The notes beneath the pieces are model-generated. The model did no database searches. It saw nothing but the letters and a program-made list of their open reading frames with translations, and was not told the DNA's origin. A stretch of DNA of 36,670 nucleotides, from assembly GCF_001194135.2 (NCBI RefSeq), contig NC_068986.1:56208982-56245651 (forward strand), in the 5' to 3' direction. The position numbers were made by a program, and so were the translations under genes. Source of the stretch: Octopus bimaculoides (Eukaryota). Positions 24,117-35,178 of this stretch are shown here, piece after piece. Every line of letters begins with the position of its first letter. The stretch's first letter is position 1.

Positions 24117-25412
24117 CTGAGTTGAAAGTAATGTTCACCACTGGGCTTTTAGGTGGCCTTTCTAAATAAGTCTGATCTTCACTGGTCTGTTGTAGTTGTC
24201 GGCTAGTATCTTTAGTAATCCTTTTTCTTTTTGATCGATCTTCCATAAGGCTAATCCAACCTCTCACAGTTGAGTGTTTACTTTGAATTCTGTTATGTGC
24301 TAGCACTGATTTTGGTTTGTGCTCCTGTTTAACAGAACTAACTGAGTCCAAAAGATCAAATTTGCGAGAATTTGACTGACAATGTTTTTTTAAAAATGTG
24401 TTCTCGTTGCATTCCTCAGAGTCACTTTGATCAGATAAATATTTACTTGTAATAATTTTACGACAGGCCCAACTACTGCCATCTTCCTTCTGAATAACTT
24501 TTCGTTGCTTACCCTCATTATTTGAGACAGGGTAAACAAAACGTTTACTACTAGAACTACTCCCAGACCGTCTTTGTCGAACTGACACTTTCTCTCTTTT
24601 CTGTAATGATTGGCTAACATCATCAGATAAACTTCCGCCACCATATTTGCTTTCACTGCGGCTACGTGAGCGTTTGTGGACTCTTCGATGTCCACGCTCT
24701 CTTCGATGTTGACTGACAAATGATAAAGGCTTTGAAGTATCAGCCTCATCATAATTTCGTTCTCTCAGATCACGTGAGTGTAATATTGATTCCTTTTCAC
24801 TGCTGGAATGTAATGCATCACTTGTTCGGTGGTGTTTACGATGTTTTCTAGATTTAGGTACAATGCCCTTCAGAGAGATAGTTTTTTTCAATTCAGAATG
24901 TGATATTTCTTTGGTAGAATCAAACTTGCGTTTCCTTGCCTCAAAGACTTCAAGTCCTGTGGAATGTCCTCCGTCAAGTGGTTCCAAATCAAGTGGCTCA
25001 GCATCAAGAGGCTCAACATCAAGTAACTCAGAACATGGAATTTCTGGGGTGAGGTTTTCAGGTGATTTCCCCTCAATCGCATCATCAATATCACCATTTT
25101 CTTCAATGTCCAACAATGGTTCATCATACTCCTGTAATAAACAGTCTGAAAGTTTATCTTCAAACAAAATACTATCAACAGTTCTTTCAGTGTCAGAATT
25201 CTCATCTTTCTCCAGAGGTCGTTCTTGAGTGACAATTCGGGTGTCTAAGGTGAGTGAAAGACAGCAATCTGAATCAGAGTCAGATTCTAATTTACTGTTG
25301 TTGTTTGCAGCATGGGTTACTGTAGGAGAGGAGAGATCAGAAGAATCTAAAACAGATTCATCACTTTCGGAATCTTCATCAGCATCATAACGACTAAATT
25401 TCCCAACCTTTC
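24117..25412 (-). CDS. Host gene large exon (1296 nt, phase 1-1): acidic/Ser-rich, then Lys/Arg/Ser-rich low-complexity region (KVGKFSRYDADEDSESDE...HKRSRSRSES...PVVNITFNS)
   Basis: 432 open codons, extending ORF 24112-25167 upstream. Acceptor tttttgtttctttttcag, donor GTTAGT. Length divisible by 3, with phases matching both neighbours. Confidence 0.9.
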
Positions 25413-25804
25413 CTGAAAAAGAAACAAAAAGTTATCATTGAAAAGTTATCTACTGAAACTAGATAAACCATACTATTCATAAATATAAATTTACAACAAA
25501 ACAGCACAGACAAGTTATTTTGTTATTTCAAAACAAGAATAATCAATAATTTTTCCTATACTTTATTGTTATACCTCTTGAGCTACAAAAGTCTTTTGAG
25601 AGCTAGTACCTAGCTTTAAACTTCTACTGCACAATAAATATATCTCACTAAAAGTTCAAGAGAATCTTCAGAACATGTACTTCAGCTTTGGTTTCATATC
25701 ATGGAAAAAAAAAAATGAATCTCAGAACGCACAGGATACCAGTCTTTCTGAAATACATTCTAAGAAGATCTCTGTTATGTAGTTCAGATAATTAAGTCTT
25801 CCAT

Positions 25805-28498
25805 AAATATACAGTCAAATTGACTACATTCTAGCCAAGAAACGCGAAAGATGGCTACTTATAATGCCCACGTGAAGAATGCACTCCACAACATAGATTA
25901 GTAGTTAGTGACTTCAGAATCAGGACTAAATGGATGCCCAGAAGACGATCAGCATGGAGAAGAAGGGTCTGGAAGCTTAAGGATCTTGTGAATGGACAGA
26001 AATTTAGAGACGTATTACTCAGAGCTTTTAACGAAATAGAGGAGGATATAGCATCACATGATGTGGAAGACAACTGGAGGTTCCTATGGAACAACCTGTT
26101 GAGGGCTACTGATCAGATCTGTGGATGGAGCAAAATCCCCTTTCGACCCAAGGTAATGTGGTGGTGCAACAATATTGTTGACAGGGCCATTAGGGAAAAG
26201 AAACAGGCATGGAAGGACTGGAAGAACAGTGGTAGCAGGGAATTGTATCAGATTGCCAGAAGGGAAGCTAGGAGACAGGTTTACTTAGCCAGAGGAGAAG
26301 CAGATAAGAAAAAATTTGCCAATGTTCTGCATTGTGATGACCAAAGACTTGAAGTGTTTCGTGTATGAGAGACAATTGTGATGTCATAGGAGAGGAATGT
26401 GTCCACATAGATGATGGCTCACTTGCATTTAATGAGGCTGCAAAGAGAGACGTGGAGACACCACTATGAAAGATTGCTAAATGAAGAGAATGAATGGGAG
26501 AAAGACAGCCTTCCAAATGCCAACCCAACAGAGGGACCAGCTATCCGAATTGACAGTACCTTGGTAGATAAAGTAATTGAGGGTATGAAGACAGGGAAAG
26601 CTTCCAGCCCAACAGGAATCACTGCAGAGATGCTCAAAATATCTGGTAGTGTCAGCTATAGTCTAGTCACCTGTATAGCCAATCAGGTGATACATAAAAG
26701 AGTCATACCCAATGACTGGTGTAGCAGCATCATAGTCAACTGCTACAAAGGTAAAGGTGATGCATTAGGTACAAATAATTACAGAGGTATCAAGTTGTTG
26801 GATCAGGTAATGAAAGTCATGGAGAAGGTCATAGCCCAACTAATTAGGGAGAGAGTTAATTTAGACAAGATGCTGTTTGGGTTTGTGTCAGGGAAAAGCA
26901 CCATTGAGGCTATATCTCTGCTAAGACATCTGCAAGAGAAATACCTAGCCAAAGATAAACCTCTGTACCTGGCTTTCGGTGACATGGAGAAAGCCTTTGA
27001 CAGGGTCTCCAAATCCCTTATCTGATGGTCAATACAGAAACTAGAGATAGATGGGTGGTTAGTGAGAGCTGTACAAGCCATGTGCAAGGATCTGTCAGTA
27101 AGGTGAGTATAGTGAAAAATTTCAGCCCCATCTTATTCATCATAGTCCTCCAGGCAATAATAGAGGAATTCAAGACAGGATACCCCTGTGAGCTTCTCAA
27201 TGCTAATGACCTTGCTCTAATAGTTGAGTCATTATCGGAACTAGAGAAGTTTCAGGTGTGGAAGCAAGGTCTAGAATTGAAGGGCCTAAGAGTCAATATA
27301 GCAAAAACCAAAGTCCTAATAAGTAGGAAGGCAGACAAATCACAAATTCCTTCAGGTAGATGATGGACACGTAAGAAGTGCAGCAATATTAAAGGAAGGC
27401 TAACAGGGAAGATAGTTTTTGTGTGTGACAAATGCTCAGGGGAAACAAACACTGAAAATGTACAGAAAACAGCTTCTGTCACATGCCAGGGGAAAAACTA
27501 GAAATAGTTGATAGCTTCTGTTAGCTAGGTGATCAAGTCTGGGCAAAGTTCAGAGAGCTCCTACCTCTGCTGGTGACAAAGGGCTCCGCACTCAGAGTAA
27601 AAGGTAGACTGTATGACGTATGTGTGCGAACAGCCATACTACATGGCAGTGAAACATGGGCTGTAACTGCTGAGAACATGCATAAGCTTGCAAGAAATGA
27701 AGCTAGTATGCTCTGCTGGATGTGTAATATCAGTGCGCATACTCGACAGAGTGTAAGTGCCCTGAGTGAAAAGTTGAACATAAGAAGCATCAGATGTGGT
27801 GTGCAAGAGAGACAACTGCACTGCTATGGTCATGTGTTGCATATGGATGAGGACAGCTGTGTGATAATGTAGAGGGAACCAGTTAAAGAGGTAGACCAAG
27901 GAAGACTTGGGATGAGATGGTGAAGCACAACCTTCAAATGTTGGGCCTCACAGAAGTGATGACAAGTGACCGAGACTTTTGGAGATATGCTGTGCTTGAG
28001 AAGACCTGGCAAGCCAAGTGAGACCATAACCGTCGCCTATGCCATTGCAGTATAATGAACTCATTTATGAGTACCCTTCAATTATTGGGCAATAAACTGT
28101 GCTTGCGAAGACCTATGGAGTCAAGTGAAGTCATTGTTGTGGTCAATGCCAGTACTACCTGACTGGCACCCATGCCGGTGGCACATAAAATGCACCATTC
28201 AAGTGTGGTTGTTGCCAGTGCCGCCTGACTAGCCCCTGTGCCAGTGGCACATAGAAAGCATCATTCAAGCGTGGCCGACGCCAGTACCACCTGACTGGCC
28301 CTCATGCTGATGACACTTAAAAAGCACCCACTACACTCTCGGAGTGGTTGGCATTAGGAAGGGCATCCAGCTGTAGAAACTTTGCCAGATCAGACTGGAG
28401 CCTGGTGCAGCCTTCTGGCTTGCCAGCCCTCAGTTAAACTGTCCAACCTATCCCTGAATGGAAAGCGGATGTTAAATGACAATGATGATGATGATGAT
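25805..28498 (+). mobile_element. Degenerate 5'-truncated RTE-clade LINE (end of endonuclease, RT, 3' UTR, (GAT)n tail), antisense in the host intron
   Basis: SQIDYIL (from 25813), QHRLVVSDF, NYRGIKLL, FGFVSGKSTIEAI, DMEKAFDRV and LLNANDL (decayed YADD). Stops, frameshifts and an internal deletion near 27105. Tail GATGATGATGAT ends at about 28498. Confidence 0.93.
28147..28330 (+). repeat. Three 66-bp tandem units in the RTE 3' UTR
   Basis: Units start at 28147, 28213 and 28279 (YGCCAGT...CCTGACTRGC...GGCAC...AAAGCA). Confidence 0.8.
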
Positions 28499-28739
28499 AA
28501 TACAGAAAAATGTCACCAATGAATTTGAACTTAAGATATATGAGCTCACTATTCAAAACATTAGTCACACAATTTTATCTTAACAATGCTACTAACTTAG
28601 GTTAGAAAACACTATAAATTTGGGTTTTTAGCATATGAGTTGTGAGGGATAACAATATCAAGATGGAATATATTGTCAGATAAACCTCCTAAGAAGGTGT
28701 ATATTTATGAATACATTCATCTCATTTAAGGGTTTTGGT

Positions 28740-29230
28740 TGCGCATACTGTAAGTCTCACAAGGTGCTGCTCCATGTGGTCCCGCAGTTTCCATCTAACT
28801 AGGAATATTAGGGTCTCATCCATTGTCTTGTATTTAAGATCCTCTGCATGACATCCTGCTAGTTCAAAGCCAGGAATCTGATCTGTTAGGTCCTGCCAAT
28901 AACTAAATCCACACCCTGCTGTCGATGCTTCGATTTATTGTCATTAAGGTTTTGTCTGTTTCCTACCCTTCAACCTGTCTGGCCTGGTAAGACCTGCCTG
29001 AAGATTTCTCTCCCTCCAGCATAGCTCTCCAGGTCAATGGAGCACACATGCACTTCACTGCAACAAGATACTTGTTGAATTGGCCGTTGACTACACAGTA
29101 GTTCTTCCGCCCTTTGACAGGTCTTATTTTTTTTTGTCTTGCAGGGTGTCCAACAATCACCCTCCTCACCAAGCAAGCTTGACGGGGTTGCCAGTTTAGT
29201 CACCAACGACCCGATCATGTGACAGGTTAT
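28740..29230 (-). mobile_element. Possible decayed 5' UTR of a different RTE-type LINE
   Basis: Minus strand reads GAGAGCTATGCTGG...GGCAGGTCTTACCAGGCCAGACAGGTTGAAGGGTAGG, resembling RTE 5' UTR wording from memory. No convincing coding motif downstream. Confidence 0.3.
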
Positions 29231-30114
29231 ACTGGGTTACATGTTACCAGTAGCTCTCAACTGAATCAACAACCTGCATAAATCTTAGGAAGAACAAGAT
29301 AATGATTCTTACAATGGAGAGGGAAACAAAACATGCTTCATCATGGATATGAGAGGCATGTAAAAGAAAGGTAAAAGTTGATTACAAATAGCAAATCCAA
29401 AACCAAGGTGAAACAAAATAGTTCCTTTATAGTGGAGTAGTTACAGCTTCTTGCGGTGGTTGCAAGAGGGTAAAAGCATGCTAGATGATGAGAGAAAAAG
29501 CATGCTAAGATGTAGGCTAAAAGAAAAACAGACATTTTTGGTAACATCAATGCAGTTCAGTACTACTTGAAGGAGTGATACTGTCAGCTATGCAAAAATT
29601 GTGATCTGCAGCCAACAGTTGATGAAAAGAATTTCAGACAGTGTAAGCTGAATGTAAAATATTACAGGTACTTGTTTTATTGAAGCAGAATCAACCATGC
29701 TGGGTTTGAACATAAAGGTAAGATAAAAAATGTTAAGTCATTTTATTTCAGCTTTTGTATTCTACCATTTCTGCAATCATGCTGCTTTTATCACAGACAA
29801 AAAAGGGAAAAATTATTTCTATAATCTAGACGTATCTTTTTCACATCTTTCTCATCTCTCCTCTCTAAACACCAACATTTTCTGTAATCACATCAACTGA
29901 GTTGGCCCAACATCGCCAGATCTGATAATTTCCTCCCATATCTTCCCTGTTTATTTCTACAAAGTTGAAACTTTGTACTTCTATTCACTTAGCCCCACGG
30001 ACTATCAATAACAGGATAGTTATTTCTCCTGCACACATGAGTACCTCTAATGCTAAAGTACATTTTTTACTTACTTAATTTCAGTCTAATGAATAAAAAT
30101 TAGGCAACCTAATT

Positions 30115-32258
30115 AGTAGCAGAGGAGGATGTTCTGAAAGTATAGTTGCTAAAATAAGAATAGGATGGAGAAAGTTCAGAAAGCTATTACCTCTGTAGGC
30201 AACAAAAGGTCTCTGTAAGTGAAAGGCAGATTGTATAATGCTTGCATATGTATAGTGATGCTACAGATAGTGAGATGTAGGCTCTGAATGAAGAAGACGT
30301 GAAACAAGATAGTAATGAAACTAATATACTCCATTGGACATGCAATGTTAGTGTGCATATATGACAAAGAGCAAATATATTGAGAGAAAAGTTAGGTATA
30401 AGAGGAAATAAATGTAGAATGCAAGGGAGATGACTGCACTAGTTTGCTCATGTAATCTCTAGTATATAAAACAGAGATGTGTGTGTATTCGCTTATCACG
30501 TGAAAACGGCTTCACCATTTACTTCCATACTTGTGATGCATGAATAATTTGACCTCGGATAAATGTTAGGCTCTTCATTTGATTTTTTTTATTAAAAATA
30601 AATAATATTGCTTTATATTTATGATTCACTTCTTTAAAAAGGTTCCTCAATGTCAACTTCTGGTATTGACGTAACAACGGCACAAAGCTTCACTCTCTAT
30701 TTGCACGTTTTTGTACCAAATGCTTACATACTTATGATGAAATGTCAACTTCCGGTATTGACGTAGCGTGCATGTAGTATTTACTCTCTCTCTCTCTCTC
30801 TTTCATACACATGCACACACACAAAGATCTATGCATATTTATGCATGTACGTATACATGACCTCTCTCTCTCACTCTCTCTGCCACACACACACGTCCAT
30901 TTCATCTGATGTGTGATACTCTGTGTGTGTGTGTGTGTGTGTGCGNNNNNNNNNNATTGACGTAAATCATTTTTTTCATTTAATCCCCACTTTAATTTTC
31001 GTAAAAGTTTCCAAGTACCAATGAGGCTTTTTGGCGCATCTTCAATTTTCCCATTCATGAGAGGCGCCCAGCCATCATTCATCTGAGAGTCCATCTACAG
31101 AATGTCCTCAAATTTCTATACAGCATATTTTGCTTTTTTTCATCCAGTATATAAGCAACAATTTCATTCCCGAGCAATGCCGGGTGCCTCTGCTAGTGCA
31201 TTATAAATGAAGACAGCAGCATTTAGAAGTGTTGACTGCTTGAAGTTGATGGAACTCATGGAAGAGGGGGACCCAGAAAGACATGGGATGAAGTATTGAA
31301 GGCTGATTTCAAGATTTTGAGCCTCACAGAGATGACAAAGGACTGATATGATTGACATTTTGCTGTGCTCAAGAAAACCTGTACACTGCAGCAAAAATGA
31401 TATCCTAAAATCACTGTTATGCTTGTACGTGCAAAGCCTAATCTCCTCCTCCCTGACATGACAAGCATTCCTCCCCACCATTTATGGTGCTATACAGTTG
31501 CTGTACAAGAGCAGTATGTCACATATTACATCCAATCCATTCCCTACTACTTCCATTCCTCACACTATCTCAACCAATCACCTCCTTTCTGTGCCTTCAG
31601 CCACAACTTTTCTCTTTCTCTACCCACCTCTGCTATACATCATTTTAAACATACATCCTATCTGCTATCATTTTCAACGTCCTCTCATATCTACCATCAC
31701 AGCCCACCTACAATAGCCCCTTATATATCCCTATATCTCCTTCTCCACAACTCTTACACTTTGCACATTATTCTCTTGCTTTCTGCTCTATTCTCCTTCC
31801 TGAGCCACTCCTATATCTCCCACCTTACACTTCTATATACTGGTTTTACCCATACATTCTCTAATCCCCTCCCATGATCTCTCATCCATGTCTTCTCATT
31901 CTCACCTTCTTGTTCCTTGAATTTGTTCTAGCAACTAATCACTAACTTCCTCTTATCTCCTTCAGCCATATACCTCTTGTCTTTCTAACAAACATTAACC
32001 TTTCAACACCTGTGCTTGTCCTATCAAACATTAACCTCTTAACACCTGTATTGTGCAATGAGTTAATTTTTATTTAACATAACTAAAAAAGAAAAGACAC
32101 CCAGTACACTCTGCAAAGCAGTTGGTGTTAGGAAGGGTATCCAGCCATAGAAACCACACAGACACTGGAGCAGGAAGCAGTCCTCCAGCATGATAGATCT
32201 AGTTAAACCATCCCAAGTACTCATGCATGAACGATGGATGTTAAATAATGATGACGAC
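30115..32258 (+). mobile_element. 3' part of an older RTE LINE (coding end, C/T-rich 3' UTR, terminal motif), split by a Helitron
   Basis: 30115-30455 is homologous to 27520-27838 and 31197-31390 to 27839-28010. 32094-32258 matches the RTE terminus at 28320-28498. Confidence 0.8.
30456..31196 (+). mobile_element. Non-autonomous Helitron (about 740 bp including a 10-N gap)
   Basis: 5' TC (TCTCTAGTATATAAAA), 3' hairpin CCCGAGCAATGCCGGG (31169-31184), then 8 nt and CTAG (31193-31196). Inserted between A30455 and T31197 with no TSD; the flanks rejoin as RTE sequence. Confidence 0.85.
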
Positions 32259-32586
32259 AATATATACACATACACACACACATTACATGTGTGTTTGTGT
32301 TTATGTTTCCATTGCTTTGTGTTTTTTTGCAATTGCTGATACTTTCTGTCAGTTGCAACTCCTAACAGAAGTGTTACCATTTTCCTTTGTCTAGTGTCAG
32401 GAGACAGAATTTGGACTATACAGATCGTACAGACATAGACAGAAACTGCAAAATATCCAATATGACTAACAATTCTGCCAATCTACTGCTCTGCACTAAT
32501 GCTTTATTATCTCTGAAGGATAAAAAGCAAAGTTAACTTCATTGAGATTGAACTCAGAGTGCAGAGAGTTCAAGCAAATAGGTATA

Positions 32587-32993
32587 GGCATGGCTGTGTG
32601 GGAAGAGGCTTGCTTCCAAACACATAGTTCCAGGTTCAGTCACACTGTGTGGCACATTAGGCGAGTATCTTCTACTATAGCTCCAGGCCACCAATCAAAG
32701 CCATGCAAGTGGATTTGGTAGACAGAAACTGAAAGAGGCCTGTCATGTATTTATATGTGTGTGTGTGCGCGCGCGCGCGCATACACGCACTCATCTTTGA
32801 CCCTCTTCACTACTTAGCAACCAATGTTCGTTTGTTTACATTCCTGTAATCTAGCAGTTTGGCAAAAAAGACTGATAAAATGAGTATCAGGCTTAGAAGA
32901 AAAAAATAAGTACTGGAGGTCAATTTGTTCAACTAAACCCTTCAAGAAGGTGCCCCAATATTGCTGCAGTCTGATGGCAAAAACAAGTAAAAG
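32587..32993 (+). mobile_element. Near full-length tRNA-headed SINE (family A)
   Basis: A-box-like TGGCTGTGTGG, B-box-like GGTTCAGTC (32633-32641), GTGGATTTGGTAGACAGAAACTGAAAG core, microsatellite spacer, and a 3' body complementary to 3531-3700. Confidence 0.8.
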
Positions 32994-33231
32994 GTAAGTG
33001 CCACAAAGCAATCTATTATTGACACTGCCAATCTACTGCCATTATATGAGGCTGCTGAGGATTCACTCAGTGAAAGATTCAGGCAACAACCACATATAAC
33101 AGGAAACTTGAGTTTCAACAAAGCAAATCAGCTGCTTTCTAATTAATATACATTCTACAACAAAAAATTGAGTAGTCTTTTTTGTGTGGCCAAATACACA
33201 CACACATTAATATACATATATAAGTTCTTAC

Positions 33232-33541
33232 TTTTTTTGACAAGACATGATTCGTCTGTCGTAGATTCTGTTGTGCAGTCAGATTGCTCTTTTGTTGACT
33301 TACTGTCACATGGCTCACTAGCCAGATTGTCTGGAGGAACCACAACTTTCAAACTTGAAGCTGAATCCTCAGTCCCCAGAGAACCAGCACGTGAAGATTC
33401 TAGTGGAATAACAATCAAATGCCTTTGGCGGCGCTCTGATGCTGTTTTTCTCCAGCTACCATTTCTCTGTGAAGTGTAAGGATTCAATTTATGTTGAGGA
33501 TTCTTTTTTGAGTGTTTCTGTTTAAGAAAGATGTCTTTTGC
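33232..33541 (-). CDS. Host gene exon (310 nt, phase 0-1): AKDIFLKQKHSKK...RHLIVIPLESS...TTDESCLVKK
   Basis: Lies within ORF 33155-33613. Acceptor ttcatatattccag, donor GTAAGA. The 1-nt overhang joins the 25412 exon in frame (KKR|KVGKFSRYD). Confidence 0.85.
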
Positions 33542-34659
33542 CTGGAATATATGAACAATTTTCAACAAATTAGAAATTATGTGATAAAACACGGTCAATA
33601 TAACTATATACAATTTCCTTCATGTTACATTTTCAAAGTCAACATGTTATCAAAACAGTCTTAAAGGGTCAAAATTTAAGACTATTATTAAATACAAAAA
33701 GAAATATGAACTTAATTAAATATCAGCTGATTACAGCTAACTTTTTCTTCAAGTTCTTCAATATGTTATCCTTTAATAAAGGTTTGTTCTATCAGGACGA
33801 AACAACTATACATCCAATACAGACCAAAAGTGGGGAAATAGTAGAAAATTACTTGAAGACAATGAAAATAACTTGTTATAGTAATGCTTGATTAATTCAA
33901 TAATTAACTCATTTAATTAATTCAAAGACTAATGCTGCATTAATTCAATAAACTGACTGAAATGATGTAACAAGAAAAAACAAAAACATTTTATCTTAGA
34001 ATTAGGCTGCTAACAAGAAGAAAGAAACAACTAATGAAAGAAACAGGATAAAAATTCTTACATACAGTGGAAGACGGAGACATTTACTACTATTTTAAAT
34101 GACTACAAAAGATTATAATATAAACAAAATAGAGGACTGTTTTACAAAGGAATTATGCAAAGTGGAGGGATGAAGGAAATTAACAAGGTAGCCAAATCAA
34201 GAGAGTGAAAAAGTATGGCTCAGTTGGTACGAAAAGTGATGACCATGACCTTTTGCTGAGCTTGAGGTAGGTAGGGAGAAGAGTGAATGAAACCCCCCAT
34301 TTCTGGATTGTTGCAGAATAAAGAAGCATGTTTCATTATTAACATATCTTCAAAGTGGAAACATGGTCTGAATGCTTGCAATAGGAGCTGAACAAAAGAC
34401 AGCCAAGGATTAAGTAGAGGTGGTGTTAAATAAGGTGTCAGATTTAGTCTACCATTCAGATAAGTGCCAATCCCAGCAGAAAGAAACAGGTAAAAGATAC
34501 AATGGCTGAATGGAAGGATTAGGAAAAGTGCTTTTTGGTCAGTGTTGAAAGTCTGAATGTTATACAATGAAGAATAATCTGAAACAGCTAATACTAGAAT
34601 AGTTTAAAAGAAGGAATTTAGTTAATCCAGTAAAAATGTAACAAACAGTAAATACTTAC

Positions 34660-34806
34660 TTTATCTGCCTGATCAACAGTAGCTGTACGTCCCTTACTTT
34701 TCAATGCAGCTTCTCTAAGTGCTATAAGATCATCATCACCGTCTTCATTTCCAAAGGAAACTTTACTAGCAATAGACTCATCACAAGCAGGAACATCCTT
34801 TGTTCG
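34660..34806 (-). CDS. Host gene, most 5' coding exon seen (147 nt, phase 0-0): RTKDVPACDESIASKVSFGNEDGDDDLIALREAALKSKGRTATVDQADK
   Basis: Minus-strand acceptor ttttttaataactctttcag and donor GTAAGT (34659-34654). 49 open codons, in frame with the next exon. Not in the ORF track. Confidence 0.85.
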
Positions 34807-34896
34807 CTGAAAGAGTTATTAAAAAAAAATCAAAAATAGATACTTAAAAAGGAAAGTATATAAACAAATAAATTATTTAGCTCCACTAAATTTTAT

Positions 34897-35178
34897 CTTT
34901 TTCTTTGTTTCAGTCATTAGACTGTGGCCATGGTGGGACACTGCCTTGAAGAATTTTTAGTCAAATGAACTGACCCCGGTACTTTTTTTTTTAAACCTGG
35001 CACTTATTCTATTGAACTCTTTTGCTGAACCACTAAGTTATGGGAATGTAAACACACCAAAACAGGTTATCAAGCAGTAAGTGGAGGTGAGGGACAAACA
35101 CAGACTCACATACACACAATGAGTTTCATTCAGTTTTTGTCTACCAAATCCACTCACAAGGCTTTAGTCAGCCTGAGA
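34897..35178 (-). mobile_element. SINE family A copy lacking the tRNA head
   Basis: Collinear with 3535-3840 (CAGTCATTAGACTGTGGCCATG...CTACCAAATCCACTCACAAGGC). Confidence 0.8.

Noticed and set aside
24863-25228. Plus-strand 121-aa ORF and alternative-frame ORFs (24390-24752, 24888-25235) over the large exon
   Set aside because: Expected shadows of a low-complexity coding exon; no start context, splice or homology evidence.
33050-33085. CTGAGGA...GAAA hammerhead-like motif (also TTGATGA near 10963)
   Set aside because: Stem II lacks the required closing G-C pair, and no stems I/III or cleavage triplet could be built.
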